25,549 nt of DNA from a virus (lineage: Duplodnaviria; Caudoviricetes): positions 1 through 25,549 of the IMG/VR virus record IMGVR_UViG_3300021412_000007, one strand, 5' to 3'. Shown here piece by piece: positions 16,348 to 24,782 of this stretch. Both the position numbers and the translations under genes were made by a program. Every line of letters starts with the position of its first letter. Position 1 is the stretch's first letter. The notes under the pieces are model-generated. The model did no database searches, was not told where the DNA came from, and worked only from the letters and a program-made list of their open reading frames with translations.

Positions 16348-17333
16348 CCAGGACTATCTACGACGAGTACTACGGCGTCGGTGTCGACACGGCGATCTCG
16401 GCAGACTACGTCCTGCGCCTGCCCTACGCCGAGAGTGGGGCACGGTACTGGCTGCTGCGCCCTAGCGTCGCCAGTCTTAGCGTGCGGCTGCCAATCGCTG
16501 GTGCGGCGCGAAAGTGGGCGAGTATCACGGTAGCCAACCATGGGTCCCACTCGCTCACCATCCGCGACCTGATCGGGACTGCGGTCTACGCATTGGCGGT
16601 TGGCGAGCGGGTTTCGCTGACGCTAGTCGACGACTCGACGCCGTGGGGCACGTGGGCGAAGGACGTGTCGACATCCACGGTCGGAGCGACGCTCGTGCAC
16701 GACCGCGTGTCACTGCGAGTCATCTTCGGGACGTGGGCCGGAACCGGCATCAACCTGCGCAGCTACTGTGAGGGTGTGTTCGGCTACGACGGACTGAAGC
16801 CTGCGTCCATCTACTGTCAGCTGCACAGCAGCATCGTGATCGGCTCTGGATGCCAGATCGTAGGCATCGGTGGGAAGGGTGGCAATGGTGGTGACGTGCC
16901 ACCTGGGCTGCTGTCCCAGTCTGGGTCTGCTGGCGGCGACGCGCTGGTCTGCCGGATCAACACAGCACTGGTCAACCACGGGACTATCTCTGGTGGTGGA
17001 GGTGGTGGAGGCGGAGGGACAGCTGTCTCCGGAACCGGAGGTGGTGGCGGTGGGGGTGGTGGAGGTGGAGCAGGCTACCAGCCAAGCGTCAGCGGTCTCG
17101 GTGGGACTCCAGGTGGCCAGCCAGGGTCAGGTGGCGCGATCGGTACGCAGTCCCCAGGCGGCAGCGGTGGTGGTAGTGGCCAGGCTGGTGGGTCTGGCGG
17201 CGGTCCAGGAGCCAACGGCAGCGCTGCAGGTGGTGCCGGCGGAGCTGCTGGCAACGCGATCAAGCGGCTGACGGCCGTCACCGTGAACAAGATCGTCGTC
17301 GGCACCATCAACGGACCAGAGGTCACGTTCTGA
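16344..17333 (+). CDS. Glycine-rich tail protein, adhesin-like (T-even gp38-type polyglycine domain)
   Basis: ATGA overlap. Motifs IVGIGGKGGNGG, AGGDAL, LVNHGTISGGGGGGGGG and C-terminal GGAAGNAI...GTING. Confidence 0.7.
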   Translation: MTRTIYDEYYGVGVDTAISADYVLRLPYAESGARYWLLRPSVASLSVRLPIAGAARKWASITVANHGSHSLTIRDLIGTAVYALAVGERVSLTLVDDSTPWGTWAKDVSTSTVGATLVHDRVSLRVIFGTWAGTGINLRSYCEGVFGYDGLKPASIYCQLHSSIVIGSGCQIVGIGGKGGNGGDVPPGLLSQSGSAGGDALVCRINTALVNHGTISGGGGGGGGGTAVSGTGGGGGGGGGGGAGYQPSVSGLGGTPGGQPGSGGAIGTQSPGGSGGGSGQAGGSGGGPGANGSAAGGAGGAAGNAIKRLTAVTVNKIVVGTINGPEVTF

Positions 17334-17334
17334 C

Positions 17335-18477
17335 ATGACCTCGCGACCTGGAGCTTCCAACGTCGACGTGCTGCGCAAGACTCGCAGCAAGCACTTCGCC
17401 CACGCCATCAAGATCGTGCGCAAGGACAAGTTCACGCTGCGTGCGACAGACCACGACCGTGAGTTCACGTTCGAGGGTGAGACATACAGGCCGATCATCA
17501 TGGGTGCGCTGAGCGCCGAGCGCAGGGAGGCAGTGCTCCGTAGTGGCGACCAGGAGGCGCGAGGCGTCGTCGACGGTGTGGTGGTGACCATACCTGACCT
17601 GCTCGGCAACCTCTATCGCGGCGCCGAGGTGTTCGACGTGATCCTGGACTGGACGCGACCGTGGCACGTTCCAGTGCGCAACAGGAAGTGGATTCGCAAC
17701 GTGCACTGGACTGGCTCGCAGTGGGTCGGTGTCATGGAGGCGCGGTCGCAGATGTTGCAGCGTCCTGCTGGTGGGAGGTTCGGCGGTGTCTTCTCGACCC
17801 AGTGCCTATACAAGCTCGGCGACCCGCTGACCTGCAAGAAGGACATCAGCATCGGCACGGGTTTCTCTGGCGCTGGCGTCAAGGTGCAGACGGTCATTGA
17901 CGACCGGATGCAGGTCGAGTTCTACGTCGCCACGCTCTCAGGCACCGTGGTCGACGACTTCTACCGCGACGGCGAGTTCGAGTGGAAGTGGGCGCTGGCC
18001 ATCGAGACTGGGACCAACACATCGACGACGACCTCGACGACGCTCACAGACTCGACGCAGGCGTGGGCGACGAACGAGCACGCAGGGCGGGACGTGCGCA
18101 TCCTCAGCGCAGCGGGTGGCAGCGTGTCGGGCACGAAGTGGGCCAAGATCGTCAGCAACACCGCGACCGTTCTCACGTTCGCGACGCAGGCAAACATGTC
18201 TGGGCTCAGCGCTGGCACGAACTACGACGTCTGTGGACCGTCGGTCAACGTCGGCCTCATCTCGCCGATCGTCTACTACGTGCATACGCCGAGGCGCGTC
18301 ACGTTCATGTTCCCGACGACGTTCCCGATCGTGGTCGGGGAGTCGGGCATCATCCGGGTAGGTTGCGACGGTCTAAACGGGACGTGCGAGGATAAGTTCG
18401 ACAACCGCGTGAACATGGGAGGCGACCCGTTTGCCCCAAGCGCGAACGCCATCATAGAGCCACTGGAGGACCAGTGA
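17335..18477 (+). CDS. Tail hub protein, DUF2163/BR0599 family (GTA g13-like)
   Basis: Motifs IVRKD..LRATDHDREFTFEGETYRP, DLLGNLYRGAEV, FSTQCLYKLGD..C, and C-terminal GCDGLNGTCEDKFDNRVNMGGDPFAP (conserved Cys set). Confidence 0.9.
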   Translation: MTSRPGASNVDVLRKTRSKHFAHAIKIVRKDKFTLRATDHDREFTFEGETYRPIIMGALSAERREAVLRSGDQEARGVVDGVVVTIPDLLGNLYRGAEVFDVILDWTRPWHVPVRNRKWIRNVHWTGSQWVGVMEARSQMLQRPAGGRFGGVFSTQCLYKLGDPLTCKKDISIGTGFSGAGVKVQTVIDDRMQVEFYVATLSGTVVDDFYRDGEFEWKWALAIETGTNTSTTTSTTLTDSTQAWATNEHAGRDVRILSAAGGSVSGTKWAKIVSNTATVLTFATQANMSGLSAGTNYDVCGPSVNVGLISPIVYYVHTPRRVTFMFPTTFPIVVGESGIIRVGCDGLNGTCEDKFDNRVNMGGDPFAPSANAIIEPLEDQ

Positions 18478-18908
18478 CCACGACACCAGCCCTACTGCGA
18501 TCGCAGTTCGTCTCTCTCGTCGAGAGCTACATCGGCACGCCGGTCGTCCACCACGGTCGCGTTCCGCACGTTGGTCTCGACTGCGTTGGCCTGCCGATCG
18601 CAGCGTGCCGCGCACTCGGGATGGAGGTCCTCGAGCCACCGATGTACGGCAAGCTGCCGGATGCCGACACGCTCCGCTACGGCCTTGGGCTCTACTGTCG
18701 TGAGATGCTGCCGGAGATGAGAGTTCCTGGAGACCTCTTGCAGGTCTTCGTGGGCAAGCAGGCGCGGCACGTCGTGGTCTTCACCGGAGTGAACAAGTCC
18801 AGACAGCACCTGATCGTGCACGCCTGGGGCAAGAACTCTATCGTGCAGCGCGCGATCCTTGACGAGCGTGTCGTGGCGTGCTGGGTCGTCAATGGGATGG
18901 ACGACTGA
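18474..18908 (+). CDS. NlpC/P60 cell-wall peptidase (GTA g14-like tail-tip protein)
   Basis: YIGTPVVHHGRVPHVGLDCVGL (catalytic Cys), PGDLL, ARHVVV (His), LIVHA. Confidence 0.9.
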   Translation: MTTTPALLRSQFVSLVESYIGTPVVHHGRVPHVGLDCVGLPIAACRALGMEVLEPPMYGKLPDADTLRYGLGLYCREMLPEMRVPGDLLQVFVGKQARHVVVFTGVNKSRQHLIVHAWGKNSIVQRAILDERVVACWVVNGMDD

Positions 18909-21900
18909 TGGCCGTCGCCGCAGTAGGCTTGCTCGAGCTCACTGGTGCCGGAACCGGCGTGGCCGGGTTCATCATCGGCATTGGCGCGGCTGTCATCGAC
19001 GCGACGGTGATAATGCCGTGGCTCGCCGGGAAGGGTCGCCAGGATGCGGTGTCGCCGAACCTTGGGGACAACCCGATCGGCAGCAACGTACCTGGAGCGC
19101 CCCGCATTTGGGCTATCGGCGCGCGGGTTCGGGTGCCGACGCACGTTCTGTGGCAGAAGGAGAAGATCCTCGAGCCGCAGACGACCACGCACACGAAGAC
19201 AGGCACTACAGTCACCCAGCGCCAGGTGATGGTCGACTGTCTGATCTCGTTGAACGACCGGTTGACGGTCGAGATGACGCAGCTGATCGGCAACGGCAAG
19301 CTGCTGATGTGGGAGTCGCGCAACCTGCAGCGTATCACGACGCACGAGATGACGGCTGCAGTCAGCGGCTCGGACGTCGTCATCACGATGGCCAACACGC
19401 TGGGTCCGAGCCCTACCGACGTCTTCAAGGTCGGCGATGCGGTAAAGCTCTACGGGTGGGTGAGCACGGCAGGGCCGAACATCAACGGTGTCTACTGGGG
19501 AGTCAAGGCGATCGTCGGGCACACCTCGACACCAGGCACCATGACGCTGGAGTCGGCGCAGGGCCAGAGCGTCACCGGCGTCGCGGCGAACGCGGGCAAC
19601 GCGTTTACCCCGGCGTGGATCGAGCGAGTCGACGACGCGTTTGTCGGGGACCCTGACACGACGACCGGCCGAGCGACGACGGCGACCGGCGCACCAGGAT
19701 CGTCGAACGCTGGCACGCTGGTGCTGCGGCTGCCAGTCGGGAAGTTCGCCGCGGACATCTTCAACACAGGAGACGAGGTCTACGTCCACAACACGTGGTT
19801 CACGTCAGGGTTCGTAGGTGGACCGCACCTGATCTCCAGCGCGATCTTGTGCAGGGTCACGTATCTGGTCGGCAACGAGGTCGGGATCTACCCTGTCAAT
19901 CCTAGCGCGCTGAGTCAGTCGCAGTGGCCGGCCCAGGTCGGCGTCGGCAACAATATCTCGTTCAACTCGGGCCCGACCAACTGGCCTCGCATCGTCTACG
20001 CGAACCCGCAGTTCCTGGCGACGCCGTTCTTTCCACCAGGCTTCGTGCCGAAGGACCACTACCACGAGGGCAGCGACACGCAACTCGAGGACTCGATCAT
20101 CGCTGCCGGCATCGGCGTCGGCAACGCTCCGGCATACCGTGGTGTCGCCTACCAGTCCATCGAGCAGTTCAGGGTCACGACGTTCGGCGGGCAGCTGCCG
20201 TACTCGCTAGAGGCCATAATCCGTCCGGACCTGGCGATGACCTGGGCGCAGGCGATGTACGAGGTGCTGCGACGAGCTGGCATCCCGAGCGCTGCCATCG
20301 ACGTTACTGGTGTCAACCTCGCGCCGTTCCTCGGCTACTACATCCGTGGCTTCGTGCCGACTATCACGTCGATCCAGCCGCTGCTCATCGCCAAGCAGAT
20401 CGTGGCTCAGGAGCGCGACGGCAAGCTGTGTCTGTTCCAGATCGAGAATGCCGACGTCACGCAGATCCAGAACGGTCCCGCGTTCAGCGACCTCGGGGCA
20501 CACATCTACGGAGAGCAGCGGGCCGACGACAAGATCCTCACGGAGGACGGTGCGGAGGAGGACCTGCCCACCAGCGTTGGTGTCAGGCACCAGGATCCAG
20601 ACAACATCCTCTCGCCCGGCTACCAGCCGTTCGGCATCCGCAACCCGACCGGGCCGACCTACGAGAACCGGCAGGAGATCGACGTCAGCACGCTCGTGCT
20701 GTCGCGCAAGGACGCGAAGAACCTCGCCACGACAACGGTGCGGCGCGCGTGGGTGAACAACCGCAAGCATGGGTGGGCACTCACAGCGTGCTACATCGAC
20801 CAGGCTGAGAACGACGTGGAGACGCTGACCGACGATAACGGCAACGTCGTCACCGCACGCGTCGTTCAGCGCGACTTCGGCGCGAACTACATCGTCAAGT
20901 GCACCGCACTCAGGGAGGACCTGAGTCTCGCAGTCAGCGGCTCGCCGGTGCAGTCGGCAGCTGGACAGTCGCCACCGACTGTCGCCATGCCAGCAGTGTT
21001 CATCTCTGTCGTGCTCGACGTCTCCAGTCTGGCCAACGAGGAGAACCAGGCCCCGATGCTGAGGTTCGCCTGCTGCGCGACGCCAGGAGGCCACTGGTCA
21101 GGCGGTCGTCTCTTCGAGAGCACCGACGGGTCAAACTACACGCCCGTTGGCTTCGTCGCCGACGAGAGCGTGATGGGCCTGCTGGTCGGAGACACGCCGT
21201 CGGTCGCCGGGTCGTCCGAGACCTACGGCAGTCCTGTCGTCACGTTCTTCACTGCTCCAGTGGACGTGACCTTCGAGCACGAGGGAGTGTTTGGAGTGCA
21301 GTCGACCTCCCAGGTCGAGGCGCAGTACGTCCAGCGCAACTGGTGCGCCATCGTTGACGCCGTCACGGGCGAGGTCGAGATCGCGGCGTTCACCATCGCG
21401 ACGCTAGTGTCTCCAGGGACCTACACCCTCGACGGCTGGCTGCGCGGATTGCGTGGGACCAGGGTTGCAGTCAGGCCAGCTCTCAGCCGGCTGGTGATGC
21501 TGGGCCCGACGTGGGAGTACCCGACGCTCACGCGCACATACCCTGGGCTCAGTCAGATAGCCTCCCTGTCGTTCAGGTTCGTGCCTGCTGGGCGCACCAT
21601 CGAGGAGGTCGACACCGTCCAGGTCGTGGCGACATGGCGCAACTGCCGTCCGCTGCCGGTCCGCAAGCTGGTCAAGACGATCGGGCCGTCGCCATTCGAC
21701 GCGCGCTTCGAGACGGAGCACTGGACCAAGGAGCACCTGCCTGTGGGCCAGCTCGGCCCCTACGCGATGGACGAGCCGTTCGAGGGCTACAAGTTCTCCA
21801 TCTACGACCCGACCGGCACGTCGGTGCGGCGCGTCAAGTTCCTGCAAGCACAGCCTGGGACGGGCTCCACGACTATCCGCGACAAGTGGGTCGACTACAC

Positions 21901-22027
21901 GGCCGCCGAGCAGACGGCCGACGGCTACACGCCCGGACCGAGCGAGACGTTCTGGGTCGAGGTCCAGCAGATCGGGTTCCTTGGCCAGACCGCTGGCCTC
22001 TCTGACAGCTTCAAGAAAGAGGTGTAA
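18908..22027 (+). CDS. Large baseplate / central tail fibre protein (Phage-tail_3, GTA g15-like), about 1039 aa
   Basis: TGATG overlap. Motifs APAYRGVAY, FGGQLPYSLEA, ERDGKL, EEDLPTSVGVRHQDPD, WSGGRLFESTDG, YTLDGWLRGLRGT; follows NlpC/P60. Confidence 0.88.
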   Translation: MAVAAVGLLELTGAGTGVAGFIIGIGAAVIDATVIMPWLAGKGRQDAVSPNLGDNPIGSNVPGAPRIWAIGARVRVPTHVLWQKEKILEPQTTTHTKTGTTVTQRQVMVDCLISLNDRLTVEMTQLIGNGKLLMWESRNLQRITTHEMTAAVSGSDVVITMANTLGPSPTDVFKVGDAVKLYGWVSTAGPNINGVYWGVKAIVGHTSTPGTMTLESAQGQSVTGVAANAGNAFTPAWIERVDDAFVGDPDTTTGRATTATGAPGSSNAGTLVLRLPVGKFAADIFNTGDEVYVHNTWFTSGFVGGPHLISSAILCRVTYLVGNEVGIYPVNPSALSQSQWPAQVGVGNNISFNSGPTNWPRIVYANPQFLATPFFPPGFVPKDHYHEGSDTQLEDSIIAAGIGVGNAPAYRGVAYQSIEQFRVTTFGGQLPYSLEAIIRPDLAMTWAQAMYEVLRRAGIPSAAIDVTGVNLAPFLGYYIRGFVPTITSIQPLLIAKQIVAQERDGKLCLFQIENADVTQIQNGPAFSDLGAHIYGEQRADDKILTEDGAEEDLPTSVGVRHQDPDNILSPGYQPFGIRNPTGPTYENRQEIDVSTLVLSRKDAKNLATTTVRRAWVNNRKHGWALTACYIDQAENDVETLTDDNGNVVTARVVQRDFGANYIVKCTALREDLSLAVSGSPVQSAAGQSPPTVAMPAVFISVVLDVSSLANEENQAPMLRFACCATPGGHWSGGRLFESTDGSNYTPVGFVADESVMGLLVGDTPSVAGSSETYGSPVVTFFTAPVDVTFEHEGVFGVQSTSQVEAQYVQRNWCAIVDAVTGEVEIAAFTIATLVSPGTYTLDGWLRGLRGTRVAVRPALSRLVMLGPTWEYPTLTRTYPGLSQIASLSFRFVPAGRTIEEVDTVQVVATWRNCRPLPVRKLVKTIGPSPFDARFETEHWTKEHLPVGQLGPYAMDEPFEGYKFSIYDPTGTSVRRVKFLQAQPGTGSTTIRDKWVDYTAAEQTADGYTPGPSETFWVEVQQIGFLGQTAGLSDSFKKEV

Positions 22028-22029
22028 CT

Positions 22030-22521
22030 ATGGGTGTTCAGTTCAACGTCATCTTCGAGGACCAGACAATCAGCGCCGCGACGACACTGATCATCGTCCG
22101 GCCCGGCGCGGCAGCCGGGTTCCGGGTTCTGCGCGCGTGGGCAGGCCAGCACGGCAGCGCGACCAGCGCGCAATGCAGGATCCAGCTCGGCTCCAAGGCG
22201 TCGGCGTTCCCGACCGTGACTGGTGCGACACCGCAGATCCTGGACGAGCGCATCACCGCGATGGCGGGCACGCTCCCGTTCTCGTCGGGCACGGACGTGT
22301 CGGCCGGGAAGGTCGGCGGCATGGCCACGAGCGAGGGCGCTGGTACGTTCACGGCGAAGATCGCTGACGCGTTCAACAACCTGACCGGCTTCCTGTGGGC
22401 GCCGGTCTTCGAGGAACTGATCTTCAAGGCGGGTTCTGCGGACGCGTTCTGCATGCGGGCGCCCGCTGCATGGTCGCCGACGACTGGCTGGCACGTCGGC
22501 GTGACCCTGGAGGTCGTGTAG
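22030..22521 (+). CDS. Hypothetical beta-rich virion protein, 163 aa
   Basis: GAGGTG SD, strong codon bias, position in the tail-fibre region. Confidence 0.75.
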   Translation: MGVQFNVIFEDQTISAATTLIIVRPGAAAGFRVLRAWAGQHGSATSAQCRIQLGSKASAFPTVTGATPQILDERITAMAGTLPFSSGTDVSAGKVGGMATSEGAGTFTAKIADAFNNLTGFLWAPVFEELIFKAGSADAFCMRAPAAWSPTTGWHVGVTLEVV

Positions 22522-22525
22522 CAGC

Positions 22526-23347
22526 GTGGTCAGTCCTTTGGCACTAGGAGCAGAGGGCAGCTCGACCGGCGGGCGGCCCGCGTCGCCAGTCGTCGCCAAG
22601 CTACGGCAGCAGCGCAGGGCGGCGATACTGCTCATCCGCCGGAGGAGGCGCACTCTGGCGCCGATCGGCGTGGCTGCCTCCGGCCCGCTGAGCCAGAGCA
22701 CGACTCCGCACGTCGTCGTCCAGACCGACTTCCCGAACATCGTCGCTAGCCCATCCGGTGGGGAGATCGAGGTCACGCGCGACGCCGACGGGAGGATGCG
22801 GTTCTACGCCTCAGGCGCCTCGCTCAAGTGGAAGCAGTCCGTGAGGGCTGCTAGTACGGCGAACGGCACGCTGGCCACCGCGTTCGAGAACGGCGACACG
22901 CTCGATGGTGTGACTCTGGCGACAGGCGACCGGATCCTGCTGAAGAACCAGTCGACGGCCTCGCAGAACGGGATCTACACGGTGAACGCGTCAGGCGCTC
23001 CGACGAGGGCTACCGACGCGAACGTGGGATCCTACCTCGTGCACGCGGTGGTCGGCGTCGAGCAGGGCACCGTCAATGCCGACAAGTTCTTCGTCTGCTT
23101 CACCAACTCACCGATCACGATCGACGTGACGTCCCAGGCGTGGGCAGGCCTGGTCAACTTCATCGGCTCGGTTCCTGGATCGCAGATCGAAGACGGCAGC
23201 GTCGAGATAGCGAAGCTGTCGGGTGCCGGGTTGTCGACCGGCGCCATGCTCTACTGCAACGGCTCGGCCTGGGTCCTGCTGGAGTCGCCAGCAGGAGCGG
23301 CGACTCTCAGGCACGACGGCACCACGCCGTCCTGGCTCCTTGACTGA
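22526..23347 (+). CDS. Tail-fibre-associated protein
   Basis: Contains LKWKQSVRAASTANGTL...DGVTLATGDRILLKNQSTASQNGIY...PTRATDA, a domain common in phage fibre proteins. Start codon uncertain. Confidence 0.75.
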   Translation: MVSPLALGAEGSSTGGRPASPVVAKLRQQRRAAILLIRRRRRTLAPIGVAASGPLSQSTTPHVVVQTDFPNIVASPSGGEIEVTRDADGRMRFYASGASLKWKQSVRAASTANGTLATAFENGDTLDGVTLATGDRILLKNQSTASQNGIYTVNASGAPTRATDANVGSYLVHAVVGVEQGTVNADKFFVCFTNSPITIDVTSQAWAGLVNFIGSVPGSQIEDGSVEIAKLSGAGLSTGAMLYCNGSAWVLLESPAGAATLRHDGTTPSWLLD

Positions 23348-23364
23348 TACGTTTTTACCGACCC

Positions 23365-23730
23365 ATGCCACCCATGACCACAACCATCACTCTCGCTGCG
23401 CTCGCCGAACCTGCGAGCTTCCCATGGGAACTGATCGGCGGCGGCGGCGCAGCGATCGCGGTGATCGCCGCAGTGGCCATCATGCAGCGCGCCCACAGCG
23501 AAACGCTGAAGGCCGTGACTGCATCTTTCAGCGCCACGGTCCAGGATGCGACGGCGAAGAACCAGCAGAACGTCGAGGCATTCTCCAAGACCGCCGCCGA
23601 TCTCTCGGAAGTGAATGCGACTCTGGTGCGGGAGGCGCGAGCCTCGCACGAGAAGTGTGAGGAGACGGTTCACCAGATCCTCAAGGACCACCTGATTGTC
23701 AGGCCGAGCCGAAGAACCGACCCACACTGA
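23365..23730 (+). CDS. Small membrane protein with one TM segment and a helical tail (holin-like candidate)
   Basis: Hydrophobic segment LIGGGGAAIAVIAAVAIM followed by an amphipathic helix. No SD visible. Confidence 0.55.
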   Translation: MPPMTTTITLAALAEPASFPWELIGGGGAAIAVIAAVAIMQRAHSETLKAVTASFSATVQDATAKNQQNVEAFSKTAADLSEVNATLVREARASHEKCEETVHQILKDHLIVRPSRRTDPH

Positions 23731-23749
23731 CCCGACCCACACTGACCCG
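23717..23749 (+). repeat. Tandem direct repeat, 15-nt unit CCGACCCACACTGAC x2 plus partial
   Basis: Exact copies at 23717-23731 and 23732-23746 spanning the stop codon of the upstream gene. Confidence 0.9.
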
Positions 23750-23758
23750 CCCCTAAAC

Positions 23759-24064
23759 ATGGACATCGCTGCAATCATCACCGCCGTCTCGCTACTGGTC
23801 GCCGCGATCGCCGCTGCGTTCGTGACGGTCTATTCTGGAATCAAGCGAGTCGAGCGTGGGCAGGGCGTCATCCAGAAAGACGTGAACTCCAACATGACCT
23901 ACGCCCTGCGGGAGATCGGGCGACTGAACGAGCCAGGACCATGCGGTCAGAAGAACTCGGCGACGACCTCGCCAAAGGAAGGCAGCCATGAAACGACTCT
24001 CTGTCTACGTGCTCTGTCTCTGCATCGCGGTGCTGCCTGGCGGTCAAGCCATGCGGATGACTGA
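23759..24064 (+). CDS. Small membrane protein (holin-like candidate), probably frameshifted near 23928
   Basis: ATG 23759 gives MDIAAIITAVSLLVAAIAAAFVTVYSGIKRVE. The current frame overruns the next gene by 77 nt, while another frame ends in an ATGA overlap at 23991. Confidence 0.5.
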   Translation: MDIAAIITAVSLLVAAIAAAFVTVYSGIKRVERGQGVIQKDVNSNMTYALREIGRLNEPGPCGQKNSATTSPKEGSHETTLCLRALSLHRGAAWRSSHADD

Positions 24065-24347
24065 CGAGCAACAAGATGCCGCAGTCCGGTCGGTTGAGGC
24101 GGAGTACCGTGCGAAGCGGATCACCAGAAAGCAGCGCGACGCTGCGATCGAGATGCTCGAAGACGCCAACAGCTCCACGGGGATCGACTGGGGCCTGATC
24201 ATGCAGTCAGGCGTCAACGTGCTCATGGCAGTGCTGCTCGGCACGCCGATCGCCGCTGTGGTCACGACTCGCCGCGTGATGAAGATCCGCGGGCCGGTGG
24301 CGACGCCGGATGAGCGGGTGGCTAGGCTCGAGAGGAGCAAGAAGTGA
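23988..24347 (+). CDS. Membrane protein with signal peptide and C-terminal hydrophobic helix (spanin-like candidate)
   Basis: AAGGAAGG SD; MKRLSVYVLCLCIAVLPGG signal-like N-terminus; C-terminal VNVLMAVLLGTPIAAVV followed by basic residues. Confidence 0.6.
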   Translation: MKRLSVYVLCLCIAVLPGGQAMRMTDEQQDAAVRSVEAEYRAKRITRKQRDAAIEMLEDANSSTGIDWGLIMQSGVNVLMAVLLGTPIAAVVTTRRVMKIRGPVATPDERVARLERSKK

Positions 24348-24772
24348 CCGCCGGACCATGGTTGATGCCGACAGGTGCGCTGTCCTCTCTGCTGGACGGA
24401 GCATTCCACCTGAACACCGGCCAGCTGAGGGTTGCGCTGCTAGCCCAGTCCAGCAACGTGGGGTCGGCGTCCTCGAACTGGTCCAGCGTGACCGGGGAGC
24501 TGCCGACAGGCTACGGTTACACGTACGGGGGCAAGGACCTCCACCTTATACTCAGTGGGTCCACGACGGTACTGGTGGCTGGTGCGACCGACACGGTGTG
24601 GCAGGTCGTCGACGGGAACGTGGATGCGAAGTGGGTGGCCATCTACGAGGTCGGTGGTCTCGTGCTGTGCTACTGCCTGCTGGACTCCGCTGATGCGGTC
24701 GTGTCCGTGCCTAATGGCAGCAGCCTCACCGTGAAGACTGCCACCACCATACTGACCTTTACTACCAAGTAG
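24344..24772 (+). CDS. Putative virion structural protein, 142 aa
   Basis: GAGGAG SD and GTGA overlap. Motifs LLDGAFHLNTGQLRVALL, ELPTGYGYTYGG, AKWVAIY, LCYCLLD recall a common phage tail-associated family. Confidence 0.75.
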   Translation: MTAGPWLMPTGALSSLLDGAFHLNTGQLRVALLAQSSNVGSASSNWSSVTGELPTGYGYTYGGKDLHLILSGSTTVLVAGATDTVWQVVDGNVDAKWVAIYEVGGLVLCYCLLDSADAVVSVPNGSSLTVKTATTILTFTTK

Positions 24773-24782
24773 GAGAACGATC

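Noticed and set aside
16990-17250. GGT/GGA/GGC-rich repeats as a VNTR or CRISPR-like array
   Set aside because: Explained by polyglycine coding with varied third positions; no repeat-spacer structure.
15394-22027. Calling the whole element a gene transfer agent
   Set aside because: Only the tail tip is GTA-like. The head module (DUF4055 portal, MuF, scaffold, P22-type coat) differs from RcGTA's HK97-type portal-protease-capsid set.
23716-23730. ORF ending in TDPH*, like the two ART C-termini (DPH*)
   Set aside because: Only three residues match in an unrelated membrane protein; likely chance.
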